From the NCBI RefSeq assembly GCF_030684315.1, contig NC_081370.1, positions 20,977,578 through 21,041,577 on the forward strand: a DNA stretch of 64,000 nucleotides. Direction: 5' to 3'. The translations under genes and the position numbers were made by a program. The stretch's first letter is position 1. The number at the start of each line of letters is the position of its first letter. The notes under the pieces are model-generated. The model did not search any database, was not told the DNA's origin, and saw only the letters and a program-made list of their open reading frames with translations. Source of the stretch: Stegostoma tigrinum. Taxonomy: Eukaryota. This document shows, in pieces, positions 48,188 through 61,358 of this stretch.

Positions 48188-48201
48188 TGGATTTCATGAT
48201 A

Positions 48202-48422
48202 GCAAAGTGTGGAGCTGGATGAACACAGCAGGCCAAGTAGCATCTCAGGAGCACAAAAGCTGATGTTTCGGGCCTAGACCCTTCATCAGAGTTCTCTGGT
48301 GAAGGGTCTAGGCCCGAAACGTCAGCTTTTGTGCTCCTGAGATGCTGCTTGGCCTGCTGTGTTCATCCAGCTCCACACTTTGTTATCTTGGATTCTCCAG
48401 CATCTGCAGTTCCCATTATCAC
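48202..48422 (+). mobile_element. Fold-back PLE mini-element (family 1)
   Basis: ~90-bp inverted arms, short loop, tail ...CAGCATCTGCAGTTCCCATTATC; 14-bp TSD TGGATTTCATGATA (48188-48201 / 48423-48436). Confidence 0.92.
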
Positions 48423-48899
48423 TGGATTTCATGATATCCATGATTGAAAGCCATTGGTGTGCCTAGCGCCATTTCAATCACTCTCTGCATACCATTAACA
48501 TTGCCTATAGACTTCACTAACTGTAACCAGCTCCTCAAAACATGCAACATTCACACATACTCATTCAGAACAGGGAAATGAGATTTGTTTTGTTTAGGAA
48601 ACCTGGTCAGCATGGATGGGTTGGACCAAAGGGTCTGTTTCTGAGCTGAATGACTCTATCACTGTATAATATTGGTGCTCATATTAAACAACCAGCAGTT
48701 GTTTCTCCTACATGTTCAGCTGTACACATTTAAGAAAGGATAGGACCTAAACTGACAAGATCTGTCGCAACACTGGCAATAGTGTTTGATATTGACTGGC
48801 ATCAGAGCCTGCATACATCCAACAAATATTCTCTTAATGCCATTGCTAATGATCTCACAAAGATGGTGCCAGCCACACTGAAAGTGAGCGCCAACAGCA

Positions 48900-50278
48900 A
48901 GGACAACAATTCAGTTCTGAAATGACACCACAGAATGAGAAGCATCATTTCCCCGTACCCAAGAAAACACATGCAGTGTGCCTTAATGACTACCACTCAA
49001 TAGCTCTGATTTCAATAATCATGAAGTGCTTCAAGAGGCTTGTCATGACCCAATCAATTCCAGTCTCCCAATCTGCCTCAATCCCCTACAATTAGCTTAC
49101 TGACATAACTGGTCCACAGAGGATGCCATACCCCTAACCCTGCACTCATCTCCATAACATCTGGACAACAAGGACACTTACATCATACTCCTGCTCATTG
49201 ATTACAGCTCCGCAGCTCTATACCATTATCTCTTCCAGACTAATCTCAAAACTGTGTGACCATGGTCTCAGTCCCACCCTCTGCAACTGGATACTCAGCT
49301 CCCTGACCCACAGGCCATAATCAGTGAGGATAGGTAACTGCACCTCCTCCACAATAACACTTAACACTGGAGCCCCTCAAGGATATGTCCTCAGCCCCCT
49401 GTACACCTACGACTGTGTGGCCAAATTCCGAACAAACGCCATTTACAAGTTCACTGATGACACCACCATAGTGGGACAGATACCTAACAATGAGGAGTCA
49501 AAATATAGAAGGGAGATAAAGAACTTGGTGTCATGGTGCAATGATAACAATCTGTCTCTCAACGTCAGTAAAACAAAAGAACTGGTCATTGACTTCAGAA
49601 AGAAAGGAGGAGAAAATGTCCCCATCTACATCAACGGTACTGAGGTTGAGAGAGAGTGAAAAGCATCAAGTTCCTTGGAGTGACGATAACTGACAGCCTG
49701 TCCTGGACTTCTCACGTAGATGTGATGGTCAAGAAGGCACAACAACACCTCTTCTTCCTCAGGCAACTCAGGACATTTGGCATGTCCATGACATCCCTCA
49801 CCAACTTCTCCAGATACGACATTGAAAGCATACTGTCTGGGTGCATAATGGCCTGGTATGCCATCTGCTGTGCCCAGGACCATAAGAGACTACAGAAGGT
49901 TGTGTGCACAGCCCAGACCATCACGGAAGCCAACCTTCCATCCATGGACTCTATTTGCATGGCTCACTGCTGCAGAAAGGCAGCCAACATCAAAGACCCA
50001 TCACACCCTGAATTGACCTTCTACAACCTCTTCCAGCAGGCAGAAGATACAGAGGCTTGAACACAAGTACATGCAGGTTCAGGAACGGATTTCTTTCCAG
50101 CCCTTATCAGTCTGTTAGATGGACTCTAACCTCAAGCAATGTAACTTGAAATGTAGCCTGTATGCCATTAAGTCTTTTTGATCTGTACATCCTTTGCTTG
50201 CTGTGATCTGCCTGTACTGCTCATAAACAAAGCTTTGCACTATATTTTAGTACACGTGACAAGAAGTCAATCAATCAA
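48900..50278 (+). mobile_element. Rex1/Babar-clade LINE, 5'-truncated
   Basis: '[10 protein letters not shown]...MKCF', 'NTGAPQGYVLSP', 'YKFTDDTTIVG', 'LNVSKTKELVIDFRK', 'KFLGVTITDSLSW', 'IESILSGCIMAWY'; (TCAA)n tail. Confidence 0.9.
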
Positions 50279-50936
50279 CCTACATTAACTTATCAATAGT
50301 TGTGGTTGATTTCACTAGATTCTCTCATTTCTGAAAGTTGTTTCAACGTGTATTTAATCTGCAGCACAGGCAAGCAACTCGAAGGAGAGTTGTGTTTTTC
50401 TCACATGGTATAGCAGTTGGCAACTGTGTTGCTGCAAGTTAAACATATCATCATTGCACTCGAGAACAAATAATCATTATAAGCAGAAATAAAATGTGAA
50501 CTTTAAAAGCAGCCTCTAAATGTAAAGGCGCCCACAAATCACAGTGATGTCCGTGGCATTTGGCATCACTATTAGTGAAACATGCACTTAAGCCACTTAT
50601 TTGTTCCAGATGTCACATTGAGTGGCAGTTGACCTTCAATCCACATTGGATTGTCTTTTCTGTAGAGCATCAGTTTGTTACGTTATTTCACACATAATAT
50701 TTAAAATGAAGGAATGCCAAAGAGGAGCATTTTTCATTTATAGTGTCCTTCCAAAGTCCGTTATTGCAATAATAGTCTGTATGCTTAAAAATAATTCCAG
50801 CTCCCATTATGGATGACTCTAGTTATGTTGTATCATCATTGGCTTTATTCATTTTAATCAAGATTACAAGATCAGTCAAGCCTTCATGCTTGCCCAGAGC
50901 ATAAAACCCGCTTAAACCAAATAATATCTGGCCAGT

Positions 50937-51071
50937 TCTGAGGAAGGATCACCTGACCCGAAACTTTAACTCTGATTTCTCTCTACAGATGATGCCAGAC
51001 CGGCTGAGCTTATCCAGAATTCTTGTTCTTGTTTCTGATTTACAGCATCCACAGTTTTCTCTGTTTCTATT
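50937..51071 (+). mobile_element. PLE family 2 pLTR/tail with hammerhead motif
   Basis: AGTT-CTGAGGA-AGGATCACCTGACCC-GAAA-CTTT-AACT; degenerate 15-bp TSD TAATATCTGGCCAGT (50922-50936) / TAGTACCTGGGCAGT (51072-51086). Confidence 0.8.
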
Positions 51072-51412
51072 TAGTACCTGGGCAGTAATGTTTGACTGAT
51101 TGCCAAGCAGCTGCATGATGTTCCTATGATCATTTACACTCAATCTTTGGAGGTGCCCCCAGCTTCACATTAGCAGAAAGGTCAAATTTATTCAAAATTC
51201 TGACTAGTCCTCCGTGGATTATGTCAATTACAACTGGGCTTTGAATATGACAGTATAATGTAAGGGCCCTTAACATAATCTCTCCCACCTTCCATACTAT
51301 AAATTATCCAAGGATTTCATGTACATTAATGAGTAAAGCAAAGTTACACTTCAAGTTGCAGTTGCAATCCTACACATCAATTTAAATTGACTTTAAATGA
51401 AGCGTTGCTTCC

Positions 51413-51644
51413 TGGAATAACTCCACTCTATGGTATCCTGTGACCAAATCACCCTTTATTTACATACATAATACACAACACTGACCCAGCTGGATCAGTG
51501 CCAGCTCCCAGAGTCAGCAGAACCCCTGACACTCCAGTTTATATCTAGCAGCCAGAGCTCCCTGACTGGACCGGATTAACAGTCCCGATCAAGGAACTCA
51601 TATTCTATGAGGTCCACCTGGCTGATACCATTCCAATCATTACA
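51413..51644 (-). repeat. Gypsy 3' LTR (~230 bp)
   Basis: Reverse complement TGTAATGA...GATATAAA...AATAAA...TTATTCCA; homologous to 61359-61586. Confidence 0.85.
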
Positions 51645-53890
51645 CTCCTTTGCCTCTAAGTTGTGGGATGTAGGCTCGTTCTTTATCCTGTAACTTCTCT
51701 TAGACATTTTCACGCAAGTTTTCCTCCATCTCAGCCTCAGATACCGACTGCATGCATTGAACCATAGCCCACCTCTTGCATCAGGAGCTTCACGGAAGAA
51801 ATTACTCTTTGTCAGGTGGAAATGGCACTAAATCTGCAATATCTGCCTTGTCTACCTCATCCTCAAATGTTTCTTTGGGGCTAGGTGGAGAACGAGAACC
51901 CATGGGTTCTGATAGCCTTTCTGGCTGCTCCGAGGGGTCAGGTATGTTTTGCTCCAGATCCATTTGCAAGGTTGCAGCTGTCACGTGATCCACGTGCTTG
52001 TTCAAGACCAGTTCTCCTTCCCAAACTTTGTACCTCACAGGGTTTAACCTCATGCTGACCATGTCTGTTATCCATCCAGGGCCATTCCCGTGACTTTGAC
52101 ATCAAACTTTGTCTCCTGAAGTAAACTGCCTCTTACTTAGAGGAGTTTTGTGTCTGGTGTTAGCATTCCTGATGCCATTTTCACTTTCCCAAAGCCCCGG
52201 CTCAGGTCCAGAAAGATCAAATTTAACCTGGTGCAGAGTCTTCTCCCATTAGCAACCCTACTGGAACTGTCCTTGTAGTTGTGTGGAGGGGTAGGGCGAT
52301 AATCAAACAGAAACTGGGACAGTATAGTATTGGGTAAAGCTATAGGCTGTTTCTTTAAGCCCGCCTTCAAAGTTTGGACTGCAGCCTTCACCAGATCATT
52401 GGGCGTTGGATGGTAAGGGGCTGACCTCACATGCCAAATGCTATTCAACTTTAGGAAATATTCAAAATCCCTGCTGGTAAATGATGGCCCGTTGTCTGCG
52501 ACCAAAACTTCTTGGAGTCGGTGTATTGCAAAAAACGCTTGTAGCTCTCCAGTTGTCTTCCCTGTGTTTGACAAATGAATTCTATGCACATCCAACTACT
52601 TTGAGTGGGCATCCACAATGACTCAGAGCACTGACCCCATGAAAGAATCAGCATAGTCAATGTATAACCATTTACTTGACCATTTCCACAAATGTGGGGG
52701 TGTTGTTGGCAGTAATTTTTGTCCTTGTTTGCATTCTGGGCTCTGCCCCACCAATATGGCTATGTCAGCTAACGAACCTGGCCACCAGACATAACTTTTT
52801 GGCAACAACTTCATTTTGGAAACCTCTGGATGACCTTGGTGGAGTTCAGCCAGCATCTGGCGGCGACATTTGCTCCGGACAAACACTGGTGATCTCAACA
52901 AGTCCGGGAAGGATTCAGTTCTGAATGTGATGGCCCTTTCTCTTCTCCCATCACACCAACTGTATTAGTTTTGCAGGGATATTTTTGCGTTCACAGTCTG
53001 ATATTGTCAGCAGTGGCCAGAAGGGTGTCCAAAATGTTTAAAGCTAGAATGGACTCTTCTAGTGGTGGCACCACCAGTGGTGTATCTGCCAGTGGGAGGT
53101 AGCTCAGGGTTTCCACATTTGCCACTTGGCCTCTCAGACAGTGTTCCAGCTTGTAATTGTACACAGTTACAATTTTAACCCAGCACTGAATTCGACCTGA
53201 AGCAATGGTTGGCATGGCTTTGCCCTCTTTAAGTAGACCTAACAAGGGTTTGTGACCTGTTACTGTTACAAATTTATGTCTGTAAAGTAATGGTGGAACT
53301 TTCTCACACAGAATCTTCCTTCTCTAGCTGGATATATTTTCGTTTGGCCTCAGCCAAAGTCCAGGAAGCATATTCTGTCACCTGTTCCTCTCCATTTGGC
53401 CACCAGTAAGCTAACACTAACACTACCCCAAGGCCACAGCATTGCATGTCAGCATCCATCTTTCTTAGAATTGTAGTGTGCCAACTCCTTAGATGATAAT
53501 AACTGTTTCCATATTTACCTAAAGGCTACATCTTGGCTACAAAGATTATGATTTCAAAGGCTGACCCTTTTTCAATGGCAAATACAAGGGTGCCAGACAG
53601 AGACCAAGTTATGTGTGAATTTTCTATAATAATTTACCAACTGAAGGAAAGGCCTAATCTCTGATACAGGCATGGGAGCCAAGCACATTTGGTTGCCTTC
53701 ACCTTCATTTCTGCTGGGTATAACCTGATCTTGACGACTCTGTAACACAAATAGATCATTTGGGGTACCTGGAACACATATTTTTCCCTCTTAAAGCATA
53801 CACCTACCTTGAAGAAATGTTTAAGCACTATGTCCAAGTTCTCTAACTTTTTTTTATGGGTTTTCCCAGTTATTGGCACGATGGTGATCT
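51413..53890 (-). mobile_element. Ty3/Gypsy LTR retrotransposon, 3' portion (RT end, RNase H, integrase, 3' LTR)
   Basis: 'ASGRIQCW...YNYKLEH', 'LHQGHPEVSKMKLL..SYVWWPG...C', 'LVADNGPSFTS...SAPYHPTPN'; PPT abutting the LTR. Confidence 0.9.
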
Positions 53891-54039
53891 GACGTAGACT
53901 TTGTGAAATATTCTCCTTCGGCTGCTGAAAATGGCACAGACTGCATGCTCTTGTAAACCACACATTTAAAGCAAGTATGTAGGTCCAGCAAACATTCAGA
54001 ACTGCAAGCAATATGTTAGTCCTCATTGCAAGAGAGAAA

Positions 54040-54905
54040 GGGTGTCATCTCAGGATGCAAAGCATTGCTGAGATTACATCTGCAATATTGTGTGCAGTTT
54101 TAGTCTCATTATCTAAGGAAAATATACTTATCACAAAGGGAGTGCAGCAAATATTCACCAAACTGATTCCTGAGACGGCAAGTTCTTTCATGAAGAGAGA
54201 TTGGGACAATTGTGACCTTTATTCACTGGAATTTAGATGAATGAGAGAGGATCTCATTGAAATGTATTAATTCTGATGGGGCTGAGCAGACTAGATGCAG
54301 AGATGATGTCTTCCCTGGCTGGGGAGTGCTGAGAAATGAATCGTGATTTCATGATACTCAGTAAGCTATTTTGGACTGGGATGAGGAGAAATATCTTCAC
54401 CCAGAGGATAATCAAACGGTAGATTTTTTTTAACTATAGAAGGCTGTAGAGGCCAGTCAAATAGCAGTCAGGGTAACGTGGCAATGTCATTGGACTGATA
54501 ATTGAAAACACCAGACTAACATTCTGGGAACACAGCAGATAATGAAATGTGAATTCACTAAAAATCTGGCATAACTGCCAGTTTAATGTTGTCAACTGTC
54601 ACAGAATCCCATCTGGATTACTGTCATCCTTTAGGGAAGGAAATTTGCAATCTTTATTCTGTCCAACCTCCTTATGATTCCAGGCGCACGGCAATGTGGT
54701 TGACTCTTAACTGCTCCCTGAGCAATTAGGAATGGATTATAAATGCTGTTCTAGCCTACAACACACATATCTCATGAATGGATACAAAAAGAAAAAATAG
54801 ATTTCTAAAAGTGGAGATGTAAAAGCGGGGTATTTGCTGAGAGACAGGGTCAGTCATGTCCACCTTGAAAGGGAGGGTGGGCTCGAAAGGTGTACTCTGG
54901 TCTAA
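54040..54905 (+). mobile_element. CR1 3' fragment interrupted by a tRNA-SINE (54468-54795)
   Basis: 'KGVQQIFTKLIP...LYSLEFR'; the SINE is homologous to 6110-6465. Confidence 0.7.
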
Positions 54906-55929
54906 TATCCTGTGGGTGGAATCTTCTGGGGAGGGGGTGCGCTAAGTGATGTAGGCTATTGTGAGGTTGTGTCAAAATCAGATAAGATGTCAGCTCATTG
55001 ATATTTGCAGCACCTTGCTCCATTGTTTATGCTTTTGCTGAGCAGTAAGCTAGGTCATTCACTTGGTGAGTTGCCAATTATGGGGAATTATTGCTTGTTA
55101 AATGTTTTATTCAAGGGCCAATTTGCCCTGTTAATATGTAGCTTCCTATTTTGCCAAACATAATGTGCCACTTAATTTAGATGCCAAGCAATCTCAATAT
55201 AGCTATCAGAGCAGATGCCTGGTGACTTCAGATCACTGCTTCTGGCAAAAGTTCTTATCATTGCTTTGGGCCATGTCAGGGCTTGATCAATGGGCACCTG
55301 TCACCCCTCATTCACAGATAATGGCAAGTGACATGTGCCAACTGTGTGTGATCATCATGGCACCTTTCCAATCTACTTATAGGCCATTCAGGTAGCACAG
55401 ACTTTCATTACACGTCTACATAGAGTAATATTCTAAGAAAAATAGATGCAAGTCAACAGCTGTGAGTTGAGGTGCAGTACCATTGCCAGCCAATTGATGT
55501 CATTAAAAGCATAAAGTAAAGCCTTTTCCTATCGGTCAGTGTGACAGAAATAGTTAGGTTTGGATGTGGTAATGGGAGAAGTGCTTCAAGTTTAAGAGTT
55601 TGAAAGTTGGTTACATTTCCCTATGGATAAACTCACCTGTGGAGACACCAGTTGAAGATCTCTCTGTATATTTGGTATGAAAAGTGCTTCTGGTGCTGGG
55701 GTACTGCTCCACTTAAGTCCTTTCACCAATGGCCAGAGCATCATTTTCCAGAACGGGCTGCACTTTCACATGGGTCCCTGCAGAATCCCTGAAATTACAG
55801 ACTCTGAAGGAATGGCCGAGGAAACTCAAGATTCAACTCAACAATTTCCTTCATCTTAGAACCTCCCCAAAAGTCTCTATTTAAATCAGGAAATTCAGAC
55901 AATTCAATGGAAATTAAATAAATAGGTAC

Positions 55930-56880
55930 TTAGGAGAAACTTCCACTGACACCCAACATACATCATAGCCCTGCAACTACACTTCCTCAAGATGTTTACC
56001 ACCACCCCGTCCTCTCAGACTCTACCCAACAGATCTCACTAATCCTGGGGTTTGACACCCACTACATCATCCTCACCACCAAACATTGGACCCGATGTCT
56101 GCCCCAATCTTGGGATCTGACAGTGCCTCACCAATCCATGACAATGTCATAGGACCAAACTCTCTCCCATCACTCAGATATATCTCATATCCCCATGATA
56201 TGATTCCTCCGATTACAGACCTAACAGCCCTGTCCTAACATTGGGCCCAAACTTCCCGCTACCCTTCATCTAGGACTCAAATGGCTTTTCCCCACTCTGT
56301 TGTAGTCTCCTCCGTTTTCTCTGTTGTAAGGCCCAAACACCTGCCTCACTAGAGATCCAACCCCTTCCCCACTCTGGAACAAACCATCCCCTTCACTGGT
56401 TCCACATCTAAGTGCCCACCATGCCCTCCACCCCCTAGCTCCCTATTCTGGACACAAGTCACACTCCCTTGCCCTGGAACAGACCTTCCCTTTCCCATTC
56501 TAGCCCATGCTCCAGACCCATTCACCACTATTCGTATTCTGAACTTGACCCCTTCCCCCAACTCCAGACAACACCCCCTCCCTGCTCTAGACACCACCTA
56601 CACTTTTCTCTGGAATCTGACATACCTCGTCTCCTATGCCTCACTGGACCTACTCACTCACCTGAATCTACCCTACAAACAGCACTCACCTGGCTCTTAC
56701 CACTTTACACCCTGGCACTCCACTTCACTGGCATTCTATCCATCTGCCTCCTATCCTTCAATGCCCTCCCCTTGGCACCCTATCCCCTACTCGCTTAGCA
56801 TCCTATCCACTCAGCCCCCACTAATTAGCATCCTAAACCCTACCCACCAGGATTCCTGTCATCCCACCCTCTTAACATTG
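55930..56880. repeat. C-rich low-complexity / degenerate repeat tract
   Basis: Strong C-over-G skew with recurring CCCC/ACCC blocks; ORFs here are compositional. Confidence 0.5.
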
Positions 56881-57577
56881 AACATTTTATTTACTGTTTC
56901 AGCAGCTGCCAAGTTTCTGTCTGGACTTTTAAACAGTTCTGAGCAATGAAAGAACTGTCAGAATGGAAGTACATCTTTACATGTCTGTAGAAGCTCCAAG
57001 CAGAATTTCTTCTCAGAAATGCTGTTTCATTGTTTCGAAAAGGAACTGAGTGGCAATTTGTGTCAAAGTGTCAGTCCTTGGAAAATGTTAGACCTTATTG
57101 AAGTTCTGATATCTATGATTATCAACCATATCTAATATGTTTGATAAAGTTATTTGTGTTTGCTTAAAATTCTGCTGCCTATAACTCATACATTATTAAG
57201 TCATATTCATCCATCTCATGTCCTTGATGATTTATGTTGGCTTCTTGCATTTACGATTTTAAAATCTCATTCCATATTTAAATTCCACTGAGGTCTCCTT
57301 GGCCTATATCTCAATAACCTTTGCTACTGAACTCTCAGTTCTTCAAACTGAAGCTTCATGTGTCCCTGTTCCGTTCAGCCTACCATTGAGTGCCATAACA
57401 TTCAGCTGTTTCACAATCTAGAATTTCCTCTCAAAAGTCTTGCCTCAAACTCAACTTCCTCCTTTTTGGGCACATTTTGAAATATATATTTTCATCCAGT
57501 CTAGTACATGCTTCTTTGACTTACTATTTGTATTCCCTCCCCAAATATGCACATGAAGAATTTTTAGAATGCTTTGC

Positions 57578-58120
57578 TAAGATACTGTGTACAGTTCTGG
57601 TCACCACTTTACCAAAAGGATGCGGATGTTTTGGAGAGGGTGCGAAGGAGGTTCACCAGGATGTTGCCTGGTATGGAGGCTGTTAGCTATGAAGAGAGGT
57701 TGAATAGATTAGGATTATTTTCATTGGAAAGACAGAGATTGAGGGGGGACCTGATTGAGGTCTACAAAATCATGAGGGGAATAGACACAGTGGATAGCAA
57801 AAAGCTTTTTCCCAGAGTGGGGGACTCAATTACTAGGGGTCATGATTTCAAAGTGAGAGGAGGAAAGTTTAAGGGAGATATGCATAGAAAGTTCTTTACA
57901 CAGAGGGTGGTGGGCGCCTGGAACGCGTTGCCAGTGGAGGTGGTAGACGCAGACACTTTAGCGTCTTTTAAGATATATTTGGACAGGTACATGGATGGGC
58001 AGGGAGCAAATGGACACAGACCGTTAGAAAATAGATGACAGGGTAGACAGAGGATCTTGATCAGCGCAGGCTTGGAGGGCCGAAGGGCCTGTTCCTGTGC
58101 TGTAGGTTTCTTTGTTTCTA
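57578..58120 (+). mobile_element. Young CR1 3' fragment
   Basis: Uninterrupted ~150-aa ORF2 C-terminus 'YCVQFWSP...LERVRRRFTRMLPG...RLRGDLIEVYKIM...FFTQRVVGAWNALP' plus 3'UTR and tail. Confidence 0.92.
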
Positions 58121-58424
58121 AGATAAAATGAAGTGTTATTTTACATGGATCATTTTTTAAAACCATCTCTGCTCTTTCCTTGAATCAGGAAGTTGAGTTC
58201 TGTTGATGTATGATAATACGTAAGACCCATTGCGCTAATGAATACTATACTTTATCAAATCTTGCTGTTGTTGAGACTCATTCGGAAATCAGACCTAGCC
58301 TGGGAGGTTCTCGGAATGTTATCTCCTACTCATTTATGCATATGGTGCAAATAGTTCAATTTTATTCAGCAGTGCTAAGACAGACGCACTTGCATCTATA
58401 ACCTCCGTGTGATCTCACAATATA

Positions 58425-59217
58425 AAGTCTCAGAGTCATACAGCACAGAAATAGGCCCTTTGGCCCAACTGTCCTACTGGTCCAAATGTCTTTTAAATGT
58501 TGTAATTGTACTTGCCTCTACTACTTCCTCTGGGAACTCATTCCACGTACATACCAGCCCGTGTGAAAACGTTGCTCCTCAGGTCCCTTTTAAGTCTTCC
58601 CCTCTCACCTTAAACATATGCTCTCTAGTTTTGGACACTCACCCTGGGGAAAAGACTTTGACTATTCACTTTATCTGTGTTCCTCATGAGTTTATAAACC
58701 TCACACAAGGCCACTCCTCAGCCTTCTAAGCTCTAGTGTAAAAAGTCCCAGTCTATCCAACATCTCCTTATAACTCAAACTTTCTAGTCCTGGTAACATC
58801 CTTGTATTTCTTCTTTGTATCCTTTCCAGATTGATGGCATCCCTTCTATAGGAGAGCAACGAGAATTGTATGCAGTATTCTAAATGTGGCCTTATGAATA
58901 TCATGTACTGTCATGACATGACATCCCAACTCCTGTACTCAACTTTTTAACTGATGAAGGCAAGCATGTCAAAAGCCTTCACCACACCCTGTCTACCTGT
59001 GATGCCACTGTCAAGGAACTATGCACCTGTACCCCTAGGTCCCTCTGTTTGATATCATTACCCAAGACTGTACCATTACCTGTATAAGCCCTGCCTTGGT
59101 TTGTCTTACCAAAATGCAACATCTTGCATTTATCTGAATTAAACTCCACTTGCCTTTCCTTGGCCAACTGGTCCAGGTGATCAAGATCCAATTGCACTCT
59201 TAGGTACCCTTCTTCAC
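58425..59217 (-). mobile_element. CR1 3' fragment
   Basis: 'IRPHLEYCIQF...LERIQRRNTRMLPGL' and 'FNSDKCKMLHFG...QRDLGVQV'. Confidence 0.88.
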
Positions 59218-59510
59218 AGGCTGAATCCAGTGGTGGACTCTAATACTATATGTGTATAATTACAGGCCAGAACACAGTGCAGGAGGTCAAGCAGCAAATG
59301 CTGATGCATTGAGCCACCTCCTGTTCGCAGAAGCACCACTGGTGGTATTGCCAGTGGAAAAGTCTATAATGGTTTTACATTTTCTGTACACACTTCCAGT
59401 CACAGCTGACAATATCAGATTTTGGATGCAAAGAGATCTACTCATGGCAGAACTAAAACAGTTGGTGGTGATAGGAAAAGCAAATGAGCCATCAAAACCA
59501 GAATTGAAAC

Positions 59511-59601
59511 AAAAATAGAGATTGCTGGAAAAGCTCAGTACATCTGGCTGCTTCTGTGGAGATAACATTTTGGTTGAATGACACTTCCTCTGAATATCCT
59601 T
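59511..59601 (-). mobile_element. PLE family 2 fragment nested in Gypsy
   Basis: ATTGCTGGAAAAGCTCAG...TCTGGC; degenerate 17-bp TSD AAAACCAGAATTGAAAC (59494-59510) / ACAACCAAAATGGAAAC (59602-59618). Confidence 0.75.
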
Positions 59602-60243
59602 ACAACCAAAATGGAAACCTTTTTGGACCCAGAGAGACCAGATCACAGTCGAGGATGACATGTTAGTACAGGGAACAAAAGTGATTTTCTTGTGCAAATG
59701 TTGCCACCAGATACTGGCTGAACTCCTCTAGGGTGATCCATCGGCGTCCAAAATGTCGATGTTGGTGGTTGGTTATGCCTGGTGGCCAGGACTGGGTGCA
59801 GATATAGCATATTGATGGGGCAATGCCCAGAGCGCAACAAGGATAGAAATTACCAATAGCAGCTCCCCCACATTTGTGGGAATGGCTGGGTAAACCCTGG
59901 ACTCAGTTACACGTTGACTATGCCAGTCCTTTCATGGGCTCAATGTTCTTAGTCATTGTGGACACCCAATCAAAGTGTTTGGATGTGCTTGTTCGTCAAA
60001 CACAGGGACGATGATAGAAGAACTACATGTATTGTTTGCAATACACAGTCTCCTGGAAGTGTTGCTCACAGATAGTGGGCTAACATTTACAAGTAGGGAA
60101 TTCGAGTATTTCCTAAAATTGAATGGTGTTCTTAAAATATGAACAGCTGTATACCATCCATTGTCCAATAGTCTGCCAGAAAGAGCAGACCAAATTTGAA
60201 GGCAGGCATAAAGAAATAGTCTACATCTTCACACAATACCAAA

Positions 60244-60399
60244 TAGTACTTTGGGTACATTTAAGTCGTCATTGGATAAGCATATGGACGTACATGGAAT
60301 AGTGTAGGTTAGATGGGCTTGAGATCGGTATGACACGTCGGCACAACATCGAGGGCCGAAGGACCTGTACTGTGCTGTAATGTTCTATGTTCTATGTTC
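60244..60399 (+). mobile_element. CR1 3' tail nested in Gypsy integrase
   Basis: GAGGGCCGAAGGACCTGTACTGTGCTG followed by a (TGTTCTA)n tail. Confidence 0.85.
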
Positions 60400-60536
60400 A
60401 AACTGTCATAGTCCCTATTTGATTTTAGGACCACCTGCATGCAACTACAGGGACAGCTACAGCAGATGGGAGTGGGGTGGGATGGTTATGAAATGGCATC
60501 AGGAATGCCAATGTCAGGCACAAACTCCTCTAAATG

Positions 60537-60871
60537 AGCGAGACAGGGAGAGAGAGACGGGGGGGGAGAGAGATGGGGGGGAAGAGAGGCAGTGGGGAGA
60601 GAGACGGCGGGGGAGAGAGACGGGGGGGGGAGAGAGACGGGGGAGAGAGACGGGGGGAGAGAGACAGGGAGGGAGGGGGGAGAGGGGCGGTGGGGGAGAC
60701 GGGCAGTGGGGGAGAGGGGCGGAGAGGGAGAGGGGCGGAGAGGGAGAGGGGCGGAGAGGGAGAGGGGCGGAGAGGGAGAGGGACCAAGAGGGAGAGACAG
60801 AGGGAGATGGAGACGGGAGAGGGACAGAGGGAGAGGGAGAGACAGCCGGAGAGACAGATGGAGAGACAGAG
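60537..60871 (+). repeat. Purine-rich G/A tandem and low-complexity expansion
   Basis: GGAGAGAGACGGGG units and a 16-mer GGAGAGGGAGAGGGGC repeated ~4 times (60721-60783). Confidence 0.95.
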
Positions 60872-61358
60872 AATTTATTTCAGGAATGACGTTTGATGTC
60901 AAAATCACAGGTGTGGTCCTGCATAAGTAAGAGGCAAGGTCAATGGAGGTTGGGTCCCATGACATACAAAGTTCAGGTGGATGAGGCAGTCCTGAACAAG
61001 CATGTTGACCACATGAAAGCTGCAACCTCTCAAACGGGGCAGAAGCAAACATACCTGGCCCCTCAGAACATCCAGCAAGTCTGTTTGAACCCATGGCTTC
61101 TCCCACTCTGTTTAGCATCAAAGAAACTTCAGAGTCTGAGACGGACACAGTGGATGTTGCAGCCTTGGCACTTTTACTATCTGAAGAAGAGAATGAATTT
61201 CTTCCAAAACGCTTTGGGCCCAAGAGGCAGGCTACGGTCTGTTCAACGGCACTCGTATCCGAGGCTGTGGCAGAGGAACTAGACCCAGTGCAAAAACACC
61301 CCAAGTGAGACTACAAAATAAAGAACACCTTATGTCCCCAGATTCAGAGGGGGAGGGA

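Larger units (their letters stand above)
44880..48560 (-). mobile_element. Decayed RTE-clade LINE
   Basis: C-terminal zinc finger 'CGRVCGSNLGLISHLRPH' (44930-44990) and RT 'KYADRSC...SEAELQIITNAF...QFPY...INDEIQ' (45505-45933); interrupted by PLE insertions. Confidence 0.8.

Noticed and set aside
56349-56949. Pro/Leu/Thr-rich ORFs
   Set aside because: Produced by the C-rich low-complexity tract.
60380-61304. Long Gly/Arg/Glu- and Pro/Ser/Leu-rich ORFs (up to 272 aa)
   Set aside because: Artefacts of the stop-free G/A repeat inside a Gypsy remnant.
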